Assembly (NCBI GenBank): GCA_963821925.1
Contig: CAWGFO010000010.1
Span: 74,065 to 138,064, forward strand
Length of the DNA: 64,000 nt
Source: an uncultured Actinomycetes bacterium
GTDB taxonomy: Bacteria; Actinomycetota; UBA4738; HRBIN12
Direction of reading: 5' to 3'
Positions 51,637-61,061 of the stretch are shown here, in pieces (the stretch's first letter is position 1; each line of letters begins with the position of its first letter). Made by a program: the position numbers and the translations under genes. The notes under the pieces were generated by a model that worked only from the letters and a program-made list of their open reading frames with translations, was not told where the DNA came from and ran no database searches.

Positions 51637-52582
51637 GCTGCTGCGCGTGGACGTGGAGGCGCTGATCGCGGGGGTGCTGGCGGGGGAACGGCGCGCCGTC
51701 GCTCGCGCGATCTCGGCGGTCGAGGACGGCGCCCCGGAGCTCGCGGCGATCTCCGCGGGGATCTACGCGCGGACCGGCGCCGCGGCCACGATCGGCCTCA
51801 CGGGCGCCCCCGGCGTCGGGAAGTCGACCCTCGCCGGGGAGCTCGTGCGCGCCGCGCGCGCGGCCGGACGGACCGTGGCCGTCCTCGCGGTCGACCCCAC
51901 GTCTCCGTACACGGGCGGGGCGCTGCTCGGCGACCGCGTGCGGATGCAGGAGCACGCGACCGACGCGGGCGTGTTCATCCGCTCGATGGCCACGCGCGGC
52001 CACCTCGGCGGGATGGCGCTCGCCGCCCCGGAGGCGGTCCGGATCCTGGACGCGGCCGGCTACGACCTCGTGATCGTCGAAACGGTCGGGGTGGGACAGG
52101 CCGAGGTCGACGTGGCCGCCGCCACCGACACCGCGCTCGTCGTGCTCGCGCCCGGGCTGGGCGACGCGATCCAGATGGCGAAGGCGGGGATCCTCGAGGT
52201 CGCCGACGTGTTCGTCGTGAACAAGGCCGACCGCGACGGCGCCGGGGAGGTCGTCCGTGAGCTCCGGCAGATGCTCCGGCTGGGACCGTCGCGCGCCTGG
52301 CCCCCCCCGGTGCTCTCGACGGCCGCCCTCGAGCGGCGGGGGATCGACGAGCTCTGGGCCGCCGTCGACGACCACCGAGCGCACCTGGCGGACTCCGGGG
52401 ACCTCGACGCGAAGCGCCGGGCCCGTCTGCTCCGCGAGGTGGAGAGCCTCGCGGCCGAGCGGTTCAGGCTCCGAGCGGCCGCGACCTTGGAGGCCGACGC
52501 CCGGCTCGTGGAGGACCTGGATGCCCGGCGGATCGACCCGTACGCGGCGGCCGACCGGCTGGCACACGGCTCACCTGCATAG
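51623..52582 (+). CDS. meaB: Methylmalonyl-CoA mutase-associated GTPase MeaB/ArgK
   Basis: GAPGVGKST Walker-A, VETVGVGQ switch region, and NKADRDG. Confidence 0.85.
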   Translation: MSPGRLLRVDVEALIAGVLAGERRAVARAISAVEDGAPELAAISAGIYARTGAAATIGLTGAPGVGKSTLAGELVRAARAAGRTVAVLAVDPTSPYTGGALLGDRVRMQEHATDAGVFIRSMATRGHLGGMALAAPEAVRILDAAGYDLVIVETVGVGQAEVDVAAATDTALVVLAPGLGDAIQMAKAGILEVADVFVVNKADRDGAGEVVRELRQMLRLGPSRAWPPPVLSTAALERRGIDELWAAVDDHRAHLADSGDLDAKRRARLLREVESLAAERFRLRAAATLEADARLVEDLDARRIDPYAAADRLAHGSPA

Positions 52583-52680
52583 GCTCTCAGTTGCAAGGTA
52601 TTGCAGGAAGGCGGTAGGCTTGTTCTCGTTCACGGCGCGGGATCCGACCGCGCCGGCCACCGAGGGGACGTTCGGACCGG

Positions 52681-53679
52681 ATGAAGCGATCGTCGATCGT
52701 CGTCGCGGCGTTGGCGCTGGTCGGCGCCGCCTGCTCGTCGTCGCGGGGCGGGACGGATGCCGATCCGAACCTGGTCCAGGTGGCCACGACCGTCTCGCCG
52801 GTCACGAACATCGTGCAGAACATCGGCGGCGACCGCGTGCAGGTCACCGGCATCGTGCCCGAGGGGACGAACAGCCACACGTTCGAACCGGCGCCCTCCG
52901 ACGCGGCCGTGATGGCCGACGCCGACATCGTCTTCGTGAACGGCCTCCACCTCGAGGAGCCCACCCGCGAGCTCGCCGACGCGAACGTGCGAGACGGGGT
53001 GCCGGTGATCTCGCTCGGGGAGATGACGATCTCGCCCGATCAGTACATCTACGATTTCAGCTTCCCGGAGGCCGGCGGCGACCCGAACCCCCACCTGTGG
53101 ACGAACCCGCTCTACGCCCTGAAGTACGCCGAGATCGTGAAGGACGAGCTCTCGAAGGTGGATCCCGGCGGAGCGGCCACGTACGAGGAGAACTACACCG
53201 CCTTCTCGAAGCGGATCGACCGGCTGGACACGGCGGTCCGTGAGGTGACGGCCACCGTGCCGGAAGCGAACCGCAAGCTCCTCACGTACCACGACTCATT
53301 CCCGTATTTCGCGCGCGAGTACGGCTGGACGATCATCGGCGCGATCCAGCCGTCGGACTTCGCCGACCCGACCCCGCAGGAGGTGGCCGACCTGATCGAC
53401 CAGATCAGGGCCGAGGACCTGCCCGCGATCTTCGGCTCCGAGGTGTTCCCGAGCCCCGTGCTCGAGCAGATCGCCGCGGAGACGGGCGCGACGTACATCG
53501 ACGACCTCCGCGACGACGACCTCCCGGGCGAGAACGGCGACCCCGATCACAGCTACTTCGGGCTCATGGTCTTCGACTTCAAGACCTTCACGGGCGCCCT
53601 GGGGGGCGACCCTTCGGCGTTCGACGACATCGATCTCACGAACGTCTCGTCCGGCGACACGGCGAACTACCGGTACTGA
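52681..53679 (+). CDS. Metal (Zn/Mn) ABC transporter substrate-binding lipoprotein, ZnuA/TroA family
   Basis: Lipobox LVGAACS, then the family-typical HTFEP...HLW...YHDSFPYFAREYG blocks. Confidence 0.8.
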   Translation: MKRSSIVVAALALVGAACSSSRGGTDADPNLVQVATTVSPVTNIVQNIGGDRVQVTGIVPEGTNSHTFEPAPSDAAVMADADIVFVNGLHLEEPTRELADANVRDGVPVISLGEMTISPDQYIYDFSFPEAGGDPNPHLWTNPLYALKYAEIVKDELSKVDPGGAATYEENYTAFSKRIDRLDTAVREVTATVPEANRKLLTYHDSFPYFAREYGWTIIGAIQPSDFADPTPQEVADLIDQIRAEDLPAIFGSEVFPSPVLEQIAAETGATYIDDLRDDDLPGENGDPDHSYFGLMVFDFKTFTGALGGDPSAFDDIDLTNVSSGDTANYRY

Positions 53680-53683
53680 CGGC

Positions 53684-54493
53684 ATGGACCCGCTGATCCT
53701 GCTCGAGAAGGTCACCTGCCGGTACGGCAAGGAGCCCGTGCTGATCAACGTCGACCTCGAGGTCCGCCCGGGGGACTTCATCGGGGTGGTGGGCCCGAGT
53801 GGGTCCGGCAAGAGCACGCTGCTCAAGACGATCGCGGGCTCGATCGCGCCGATCGCCGGACGGATCCACCGAGCGAAGGGCACGGCGATCGGCTACGTCC
53901 CCCAGGTCGAGACCGTGAACTGGTTCTTCCCCGCGACCGTGCGGGAGGCGGTGCTGATGGCCCGGTTCGACGGCCGCGTGGTCCCGTGGGCGTCGAAGGC
54001 GGACGTGGCCGAGGCGGAGGAGGTCCTCGGGCGGCTCGGGCTCGGCGGGCTGGGCGACCGGCACATCCGGGAGCTCTCCGGGGGCCAGCAGCAGCGCGTC
54101 TTCGTCGCGCGGGCGATGCTCCGTCGTCCGAAGCTGCTCCTGCTCGATGAGCCGACGAGCGGGGTCGACGTCCGGACGCGGCACGACGTGATGCACCTGA
54201 TCCACGAGCTGCACCACGAGGGGCTCGCGATCGTCCTCACCACGCACGACCTGAACGGCATCGCGGCCCACCTGCCGCAGATCGTCTGCCTGAACCGCGA
54301 GGTGATCGCGACCGGTGCCCCGCGCGACGTGATCCGCTCCGACGTCCTGGAGCGCACGTACGGTGCGCCGCTCGAGGTCCTCGTGCACGGCGGGATGCCG
54401 GTCGTCGTGGAGCAGTATCCGGGGTACGACGAGGCGGACGAGGGCGCGCGCGTCCTGCCGCTGCGGGAGGGCCACCATGAACACCCTGCTTGA
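53684..54493 (+). CDS. Metal ABC transporter ATPase (ZnuC/MntB-like)
   Basis: GPSGSGKST, LSGGQQQRVFVARA, and LLLDEPTSGVD. Confidence 0.85.
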   Translation: MDPLILLEKVTCRYGKEPVLINVDLEVRPGDFIGVVGPSGSGKSTLLKTIAGSIAPIAGRIHRAKGTAIGYVPQVETVNWFFPATVREAVLMARFDGRVVPWASKADVAEAEEVLGRLGLGGLGDRHIRELSGGQQQRVFVARAMLRRPKLLLLDEPTSGVDVRTRHDVMHLIHELHHEGLAIVLTTHDLNGIAAHLPQIVCLNREVIATGAPRDVIRSDVLERTYGAPLEVLVHGGMPVVVEQYPGYDEADEGARVLPLREGHHEHPA

Positions 54494-55349
54494 GCCGTTC
54501 CACTACGGGTTCTTCCGGCACGCGCTGATGGTGGCGGTGCTGGCCGGCGGCCTCTGCGGGCTCGTGGGGGTGTACGTCGTGCTCCGGGGGATGAGCTACA
54601 TCGGCCACGGTCTCTCGCACGCGATCTTCGGCGGGGCGGTGGCGGGCGCGGCGCTCCTGGGCGCCGGCGCCGGCGCCTCGCTGGGGCTCGGGTTCTACGT
54701 CGGCGCGGGGGTGTTCGGGGTCGGCGCAGCGCTCCTGATCAATCAGATCGCCCGCCGGCGCACGATCGGGGCCGACGCCGCGATCGGGGTGGTGACCTCG
54801 GCGGCGTTCGCGTTCGGGATCGCGATCATCTCGACGCAGGAGGGCTTCCAGACGAATGCCGAGGCACTGCTCTTCGGGAACGTCCTCGGGGTCACGATGG
54901 TCGACGTCCTCGTGGTCGCGGCGGTGGCGGCCGCGATCGCGGTGACCGTCTTCCTGCGGTACCGGCAGCTGCTGTTCGCCACGTTCGACCCCGAGGTGGC
55001 CGAGGTCTCGGGCGTCCGCACCGATCGGACGGACGTGATCCTCGCGTTGATGCTCGCGGCGACGATCATCGCCACGATGAACGTCGTGGGCGTCATGTTG
55101 ATCGCCGCGGTGCTCGTGATCCCGCCGGTGATCGCGCGCCTGCTGACCGACAGCTTCCACCGGATGCTCTGGATCTCGGTGGTCGTGGGCGCCTCGCTCG
55201 GCTTCGTGGGCGTCTACCTCTCGTACTACCTCGACGTCTCGTCGGGCGCCACGGTCGTGCTCACGGGCGCGGCGCTGTTCGCGGGGGTCTACGTGTGGTC
55301 GGCCTACAGGGGTCGCCGGGCGATGGTGGACGCGCTCGACGCCCACTAG
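54477..55349 (+). CDS. Metal ABC transporter permease (ZnuB/MntC-like)
   Basis: Eight TM helices of the ABC-3 permease family. Start ATG at 54477. Confidence 0.85.
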   Translation: MNTLLEPFHYGFFRHALMVAVLAGGLCGLVGVYVVLRGMSYIGHGLSHAIFGGAVAGAALLGAGAGASLGLGFYVGAGVFGVGAALLINQIARRRTIGADAAIGVVTSAAFAFGIAIISTQEGFQTNAEALLFGNVLGVTMVDVLVVAAVAAAIAVTVFLRYRQLLFATFDPEVAEVSGVRTDRTDVILALMLAATIIATMNVVGVMLIAAVLVIPPVIARLLTDSFHRMLWISVVVGASLGFVGVYLSYYLDVSSGATVVLTGAALFAGVYVWSAYRGRRAMVDALDAH

Positions 55350-55377
55350 GGGCATGGCCTGATCGCGTGAACGACAA

Positions 55378-55818
55378 CTAGTTCCCCGCGGCCGCGCATC
55401 CGGCGCAGCGTCCGGTGATCGCGAAGTGCGTGAGGTCCGCGACGAAACCGTGGTGGCGCTTGATCAGCCCCTGCAGGGCGTGCGCCTCCTTCAGCGAGAG
55501 CGCGTCGTCGGCGCCGCAGTGGCCGCACGTGAGGTGCACGTGCTCGGCCTCCTCCGACCGGTGGTACTCGGCACCCGTCTCGAGGTGCGAATGGGCGAGC
55601 ACGCCGACCTCCTCGAGGAGCGTGAGGGTCCGGTAGACCGTGGAGGCGTTCACGCCCGGCATCTCGCCCTGCACCTTGCGGGCGACGATCGCGGGGGAGA
55701 TGTGGCCCTGGGTGCGCATCACCTCGGTGACGATCGCGCGGCGCTGGGGTGTCATGCGGAGCCCGCGGCTGCGCAGCAGCTCCATCACGTCGCCGTAGTC
55801 GTGACCCGTCCGTTCCAT
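55378..55818 (-). CDS. zur: Fur-family metalloregulator (probable Zur)
   Basis: 146 aa with a TPQRRAIV DNA-binding helix, HSHLE plus HVHLTCGHCG and GRCAGC metal sites. Convergent with the znu genes. Confidence 0.8.
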   Translation of the reverse strand: MERTGHDYGDVMELLRSRGLRMTPQRRAIVTEVMRTQGHISPAIVARKVQGEMPGVNASTVYRTLTLLEEVGVLAHSHLETGAEYHRSEEAEHVHLTCGHCGADDALSLKEAHALQGLIKRHHGFVADLTHFAITGRCAGCAAAGN

Positions 55819-55841
55819 GCGGCGCAGTGTAGCAGCGTGTT

Positions 55842-55867
55842 GCAGGTGCAACGAACGTTGCACCTGC
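55842..55867. promoter_or_regulatory. Perfect 12-2-12 inverted repeat GCAGGTGCAACG-AA-CGTTGCACCTGC, either an operator or an I-shaped terminator
   Basis: Exact palindrome between the APH-family gene stop (55872) and the zur start codon (55818). Confidence 0.35.
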
Positions 55868-55871
55868 CGCG

Positions 55872-56798
55872 TTAGGCGTCTCGATCGGGTGCCCTGGGAG
55901 GCTCGGGCGGGGGCAGCCCGAGCGCCCTCGCGGCCCACGGCAGCGCCGTGCGCGCCTGCAGCAGCTGCAGCCGGCGGACGTGGGGCGCCTCCGGGATCGG
56001 CGCCCGCGCCGCATGCGAGGCGAAGTAGCCGGCCAGCATCGCCGCGAAGGCCGCCATGTCGGGAGCCGGCGGCACGACCTGCTCGGGCGGTGGGCCTCCC
56101 TCGGCCTCCAGGCTCGGGAGCCACGACGCCACGTCGAACCGCGGGTTCCCACGGCACGCGAAGTTCCAGTCGATGAACCGCGCGCCGTCCTCGCGCAGGC
56201 ACAGGTTGTCGCTGCGGACGTCCATGTGGAGCAGCCGGTCACCCTCGAGCGGCGCCGCGTGCGCGGTCTCCGTGAGCGCGGGCAGGCAGGCGTCGAGCCA
56301 GTCCTCGTCGCACAGCCCGAGCTCAAGGACCGCCGCTCGGTGCGTCGCGACCTCGGGCCACCCCTCGCGGTCGAACTGACCGGCACCGACCCCGGGGATC
56401 TCGGGTGAGATCGCCGCGTCGGCGACCTGCGCGAGCCCGTCGAGTACCGCCTGAACGCGTGCGCGGTCCCACGGCGGCGGCCATGCGGCGTCGCTCAGAT
56501 CCTCGAGGACGAGGACGGGGCGCTCGCCGTCGTCGTCCCACCCGAGCATCCGCGGCAGGAAGGGCAGCCCCAGGTGCTGCACGTAGAAGAGGCGCTCGTC
56601 GCGGATCCAGGCCGCGGTGTCGAGGGTGTACGCGATCTTGACGAAGCGCGTGCTCCCGTCGGGGAGCGTCGCGATCCAGCGGGAGGCCGCGGTCTGGCCG
56701 CCTCGCGTCACCCGTCGCCAGCCGACCGGCGTGGTCTTCAGCGCGCGGGCGGCCCGCCCGATGTCGTCGCGGCCCGGTCGCGGCTCCTCGGCGTGCAT
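55872..56798 (-). CDS. Aminoglycoside/choline-kinase-like phosphotransferase (APH family)
   Basis: Brenner motif HMDVRSDN and the DxxF(A) region IDWNFA. Confidence 0.7.
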   Translation of the reverse strand: MHAEEPRPGRDDIGRAARALKTTPVGWRRVTRGGQTAASRWIATLPDGSTRFVKIAYTLDTAAWIRDERLFYVQHLGLPFLPRMLGWDDDGERPVLVLEDLSDAAWPPPWDRARVQAVLDGLAQVADAAISPEIPGVGAGQFDREGWPEVATHRAAVLELGLCDEDWLDACLPALTETAHAAPLEGDRLLHMDVRSDNLCLREDGARFIDWNFACRGNPRFDVASWLPSLEAEGGPPPEQVVPPAPDMAAFAAMLAGYFASHAARAPIPEAPHVRRLQLLQARTALPWAARALGLPPPEPPRAPDRDA

Positions 56799-56850
56799 CC
56801 GCGAAGCCTAGCGAGGCGGATGGGTGCCCGCCGCCGGTAGCCTGGCGCGC

Positions 56851-57747
56851 ATGACGGTGATGGTGACCGGCGCGTCGGGACCGCTCGGGCACGCCCTGAT
56901 CCCGCGGCTCGCGGCGCGCGACGAGGTCCGCGCGGCCGTCCGCCGGCCCGATGCCGCCGAGCCGCTCCGGGCGATGGGGGCGAAGGTCACGGTCGGACGC
57001 CTGGACGACGCGGACGCGCTCGCCGAGGTGCTCCGGCGCGTCTTCACGGTGATCCACCTGGTCGGCGGCGCGCACCAGCCCGACGACGACGAGGTGTTGG
57101 CCGCGAACCACGGGTCGGTGGTGACGGCCCTGGCCGCTGCCCGTCAGGCGGAGGTCCGGCGATTCATCCTCGTCTCGGTCCCAGGGGCCTCGCCCGACGC
57201 CCGCGACCCGTACCTGCGGGCGAAGGGCCTCGCCGAGGAGGCGGTCGTCCATTCCGGGCTCGAGCACGCCGTGATCCGCAGCACCCACCTCTACGGGCTC
57301 GGCGGGCTGTGGTTCACGGCGGTGGTCCAGGCGGCGCTCGCCGATCCGCCGCTCGTGCCGGGGGACCCCGAGGCGGTGCTCGCGCCGGCGTTCGTGGACG
57401 ACCTCGCCGAGGTGATCGTGGCCGCCGACGACCGCCAGGAGGACCCCGCGGGCACGTGGGCCCTGGAGGGCCCCGACGCCGTGACGGCGCGCCAGCTCGC
57501 CCGACTGCTGGCGGGGAACGGGGCTCTCGACCCGGTCGGGATCGAGGACGTCGGACTCCCGGCGGTGCTCGAGCGGCTGCTCGGGGTGCCGATCTCGGCA
57601 CCGGCGGCCCGGATCTTCTCGATCCCCGGCCGCGCCGACGCGCCGGACGCGGCGGCAGGGTTCGGGGTCCATCGGACCCCGCTCGTCGATGGTCTCCGGA
57701 TCACGGCGGAGCGCGCGGCCGGGGCGAGCGTCGCGGACTACGGGTAG
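56851..57747 (+). CDS. NAD(P)H-binding NmrA-like atypical SDR
   Basis: VMVTGASGPLG Rossmann motif in a protein of about 300 aa. Confidence 0.7.
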   Translation: MTVMVTGASGPLGHALIPRLAARDEVRAAVRRPDAAEPLRAMGAKVTVGRLDDADALAEVLRRVFTVIHLVGGAHQPDDDEVLAANHGSVVTALAAARQAEVRRFILVSVPGASPDARDPYLRAKGLAEEAVVHSGLEHAVIRSTHLYGLGGLWFTAVVQAALADPPLVPGDPEAVLAPAFVDDLAEVIVAADDRQEDPAGTWALEGPDAVTARQLARLLAGNGALDPVGIEDVGLPAVLERLLGVPISAPAARIFSIPGRADAPDAAAGFGVHRTPLVDGLRITAERAAGASVADYG

Positions 57748-57757
57748 CATCCGCGCC

Positions 57758-58522
57758 ATGCCGGAGCATGTGCACATCGAGGTCGACGACGGGGTCGGCG
57801 TCGTGCGGCTCGACCGCCCGCCCGCCAACGCGTTCGACCTGCAGATGGGCCTCGAGCTCCAAGAGGCGGTCCGCGAGGCGGACGGCCGCGACGACGTCGG
57901 CGCGATCGTCCTCTGGGGCGGCCGGAAGCTCTTCGCGGCCGGGGCCGACATCAAGGCGATGGCCGAGTGGGGCCCCGACGAGGTCAAGCCGAGCGTGGAC
58001 GCGCTCGGCGCGGCCTGCGACCTGCTGGAGTCGATCGGCACGATCTCGATCGCGGCGGTGAACGGCTTCGCGCTGGGAGGGGGGATGGAGGTGGCCCTCG
58101 CGGCGGACCTCCGGTACCTCGCCGACGACGCGACCGTCGGCCAACCCGAGATCCGGCTGGGTGTGATCCCGGGCGCGGGGGGCACCCAGCGGCTGACGCG
58201 ACTCGTGGGACCCGGGCGCGCCCGGGAGCTCGTGTACACGGGACGGCAGGTCGCGGCCGAGGAGGCGCTCGCGCTCGGCCTCGCCGAACGGGTCGTGCCC
58301 GCCGATGAGGTGCTCGAGGCCGCGATCGCCGATGCCCGGGCGCTCGCGAACGGCCCACGGCAGGCGCTCGCGGCGGCGAAGGCCGCGATCAGGGGGGCGA
58401 CGGACACCCCGGGCGCCGCGGGCGTGGCGCGGGAGCGCGAGCTCTTCCTGGGCCTCTTCGGCACCTCCGACCAGCGCGAGGGCATGCGCGCGTTCCTGGA
58501 GAAGCGCGACCCCTCGTTCTGA
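57758..58522 (+). CDS. Enoyl-CoA hydratase/isomerase (crotonase family)
   Basis: AAVNGFALGGGMEVALAADLR oxyanion-hole block and the downstream catalytic Glu region. Confidence 0.85.
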   Translation: MPEHVHIEVDDGVGVVRLDRPPANAFDLQMGLELQEAVREADGRDDVGAIVLWGGRKLFAAGADIKAMAEWGPDEVKPSVDALGAACDLLESIGTISIAAVNGFALGGGMEVALAADLRYLADDATVGQPEIRLGVIPGAGGTQRLTRLVGPGRARELVYTGRQVAAEEALALGLAERVVPADEVLEAAIADARALANGPRQALAAAKAAIRGATDTPGAAGVARERELFLGLFGTSDQREGMRAFLEKRDPSF

Positions 58523-58700
58523 GTCCGCGATCTCGGGATCTTGCTCCATTTCGGACCCCGGAAACCCATGCACGTCACACCGCGGGCACCATCCGGAATG
58601 AACCGGTGACCCGCGCTGTTCGAAGTACGTGACGAGGGGACCGAGCCACCCGAGAGCCACCCCACCCGACACGGGCCCCTCGCGAAAGGATGTGAGCGAC

Positions 58701-58904
58701 GTGGCAGAGGAGAAGTACCGAGGCGCATCGGTTCGGACGCTCCCGCGTGCGAACAAGCAGTACTCGGCCGGACGCGTCTGCGCCGATCCCAACTGCGAGA
58801 CCAAACTCTCCCGATACAACAAGTGGCAGTACTGCTGGCAGCACGAGCCCGTCCACTCGTACGTGCCGCGCGGTAAGCGCAAGAGCCGGACCCAGGCGGC
58901 GTAG
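58701..58904 (+). CDS. Hypothetical small basic Cys/His-containing protein (possible zinc-binding)
   Basis: About 67 aa from the GTG at 58701, which is 10 nt after an AAAGGA RBS. Contains C-x4-C-x12-C-x2-H (CADPNCETKLSRYNKWQYCWQH) and a lysine/arginine-rich tail. Confidence 0.35.
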   Translation: MAEEKYRGASVRTLPRANKQYSAGRVCADPNCETKLSRYNKWQYCWQHEPVHSYVPRGKRKSRTQAA

Positions 58905-59056
58905 ACCCTCGTTCCTCACCGAGGCCCTCCCGATCGGGAGGGCCTCGTCACGTTCACCCTCCCTCGAAGCCGGTGCCGCCGCCTCCCCGGTTCAAGGCAC
59001 GGACTGCAGCAGCCGATGTAGGTCGCAGACCGCTCCCCCCGAGCGCGATCGACCAC

Positions 59057-59227
59057 ATGACGAACGAGACCCGAGAGCCTCCCGCGATGCAGGAGGGAGG
59101 ATGCCCGTTCTGCGAGCGCACCGTGCTCGTGTACGAGGATCCGCCCCGATGCCCCTTGTGCGCCTGTCCGCTGGACGAGGCCTCGATGACGCCGTATTCG
59201 TTCCCGACGGAGAACCCCACCGACTGA
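59057..59227 (+). CDS. Hypothetical small zinc-ribbon protein
   Basis: 56 aa with a CPFC-x14-CPLC pair. I see no clear RBS and the GC content is high, so this call is uncertain. Confidence 0.3.
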   Translation: MTNETREPPAMQEGGCPFCERTVLVYEDPPRCPLCACPLDEASMTPYSFPTENPTD

Positions 59228-59228
59228 C

Positions 59229-61000
59229 TCAGTCGACCAGCTCCACCCGGCGCCAGCCGCGGTTATCGCTGACGAGCGCGACCTCCTCGGCGCCCCGAAG
59301 CTCCGCGACCGTGATCGGGCGCTCCGCCACACGCCCCTCTTCGAGCGCCAGCTCGCGCCCCACGCCGGCCAGGAGCCCGGCGTCGAGTGGCGGGGTCCAC
59401 CAGCGGCCGTCGAGCCTGACCGCCACGTTCGCGATCGTCGTCTCGGTGATCTCGTCGCGGGTGTTCGTCAGCAGCACGTCGTCGGCGTCGGGATGGCGCG
59501 CCTTCGCCTCGTCGAACCGCCGGCGTCGGGTCGTCTTGTGGAACACCATCGGGTCCGACGGGTCGATCCGCTCGGCCTCGTCGAGCGCCACCTTCACGGG
59601 CTCCACCAGCTCCGGGAGCGGCAGCCCGCCCGAGGACACGCGGCCCCGACGGTCGACCACCACCCGGATCCTCGCCGCCCGGTCGGGGAACCGCGCCGCC
59701 TCGCGCTCCGCGGCCGCGACGACGCCCGGCTCGTCGATCACGAACCCGAAGTAGTCGCAGGAGGCCCGCAACCGCGCGAGGTGCCGGTCGAGATGACGGA
59801 ACCCCGTGCCCGGCTCGTGCAGGATCGTCTCGTAGAGCTCGAACCCGGGCCGGCGGTCGACCAGGACGCGGGCCTTGGCCACCGTCTCGTCGTACTCGCC
59901 GGCGGCTCGGGAGTCCCACGTGATCCCGCCGCCGACACCGTATTCGGCCGTGCGCGTCTCGGCGTCGACGATCACGGTGCGGATCGGCACGTTGAAGCGG
60001 GCGGCCGGGTGCCCCGAACCCGGCGGGGCGAGGTAGCCGACCGCCCCGCAATACACGCCGCGCGGCGAGTCCTCGAGCTCGGCGATCAGCCGCATCGTCC
60101 GCACCTTCGGCGCGCCCGTGACGGAGCCGGAGGGGAACAGCGCCGCGAACACGTCTGCCAGCCCCGCCTCCGGGCGCACCTGGGCGATGACGGTCGACGT
60201 GAGCTGCCACACGGTCTCGTAGCGCTCCAGGTCGAAGACGTCGCTCCACGTGACCGAGCCGGGCACGGCCACGCGCCCAAGGTCGTTGCGGAGCAGGTCC
60301 ACGATCATCGCGTTCTCGGCGCGGTCCTTCACCGAGCCGCGGAGGCGTTCGGCGACGGCCGCGTCCTCCTCGGGCCATCGTCCGCGCGGGGCGGTGCCCT
60401 TCATCGGCTTCGTCGTGAGCACGCCGTCGTCGAGGCGGAAGAACAGCTCGGGTGACGCGGAGAGCACGCGGTAGCGGCCCAGGTTCAGGTACCCGGCGTA
60501 CGCGCCGCGCTGCGCGTAGCAGAGATCGCGGTAGAGGCCGCGCTCGTCCCCGGCCACCTGCGACCGCAGGCGCAGCGTGAAGTTCACCTGGTAGGTCTCA
60601 CCCGCGGCGATCTCGTCGCGGATCCGGCCGATCGCGCGGTCGTAGGTCGCGCGATCGATCGAGGGCCGCCAGGCCGCCGCCGCCGACGGGTCGGGGTCGG
60701 CCTGGGGCACCGGGAGGCCCGTGTCCTCGAGCCGCTCGAACATCGCGAACCACGCCAAGGGGAGTCGCGAGAACGGATCGCCCTCCTCGCGGGCCCGCAC
60801 GGCGAGCGCCGGATCGAGGCCCGGGGCCGCCTCGTAGGCGACGTAGCCCGCCACCCAGAGCCCGCGTGCGGCGGCGCCCTCGGCCGCCGCAAGCACCCCG
60901 CGCACCTCGTCGGGGCGGGTGGCCTCGAGCACGCCGACCGGCGAGACGAGCCGGAACGACGGCGAGCCCCCGGTCAGGTCGTCGAAGCGCGCCTCGATCA
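59229..61000 (-). CDS. pabB: Fused aminodeoxychorismate synthase component I (PabB) and aminodeoxychorismate lyase (PabC)
   Basis: The N-terminal ~385 aa are a chorismate-binding enzyme (PMKGTAPRG, SGSVTGAPK, GVYCGAVGY). The C-terminal ~205 aa are a class-IV aminotransferase/ADCL fold (FHKTTRRRRFDEAK...NTRDEITETTIANV). Start is MIEARFDD.... The further 261 in-frame codons upstream in the track look like junk. Confidence 0.75.
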
Positions 61001-61061
61001 TCGCCCGCAACGATACGCGGGACACCGGGGACCGCCCGAGCGGTGCGGTAGCCTCGACCGC

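Noticed and set aside
52583-52680. Possible Zur/IdeR-type operator (ttgcaaggtattgcagg ... gtaggcttgttc) upstream of the metal transporter SBP gene
   Set aside because: It is only a loose inverted repeat and a weak match to known AT-rich Zur or DtxR boxes. I could not support a specific site without a matrix scan.
56323-58728. 801-aa minus-strand ORF opposite the APH, NmrA-like and enoyl-CoA hydratase genes
   Set aside because: Antisense junk frame. The plus-strand genes have clear Rossmann and crotonase motifs.
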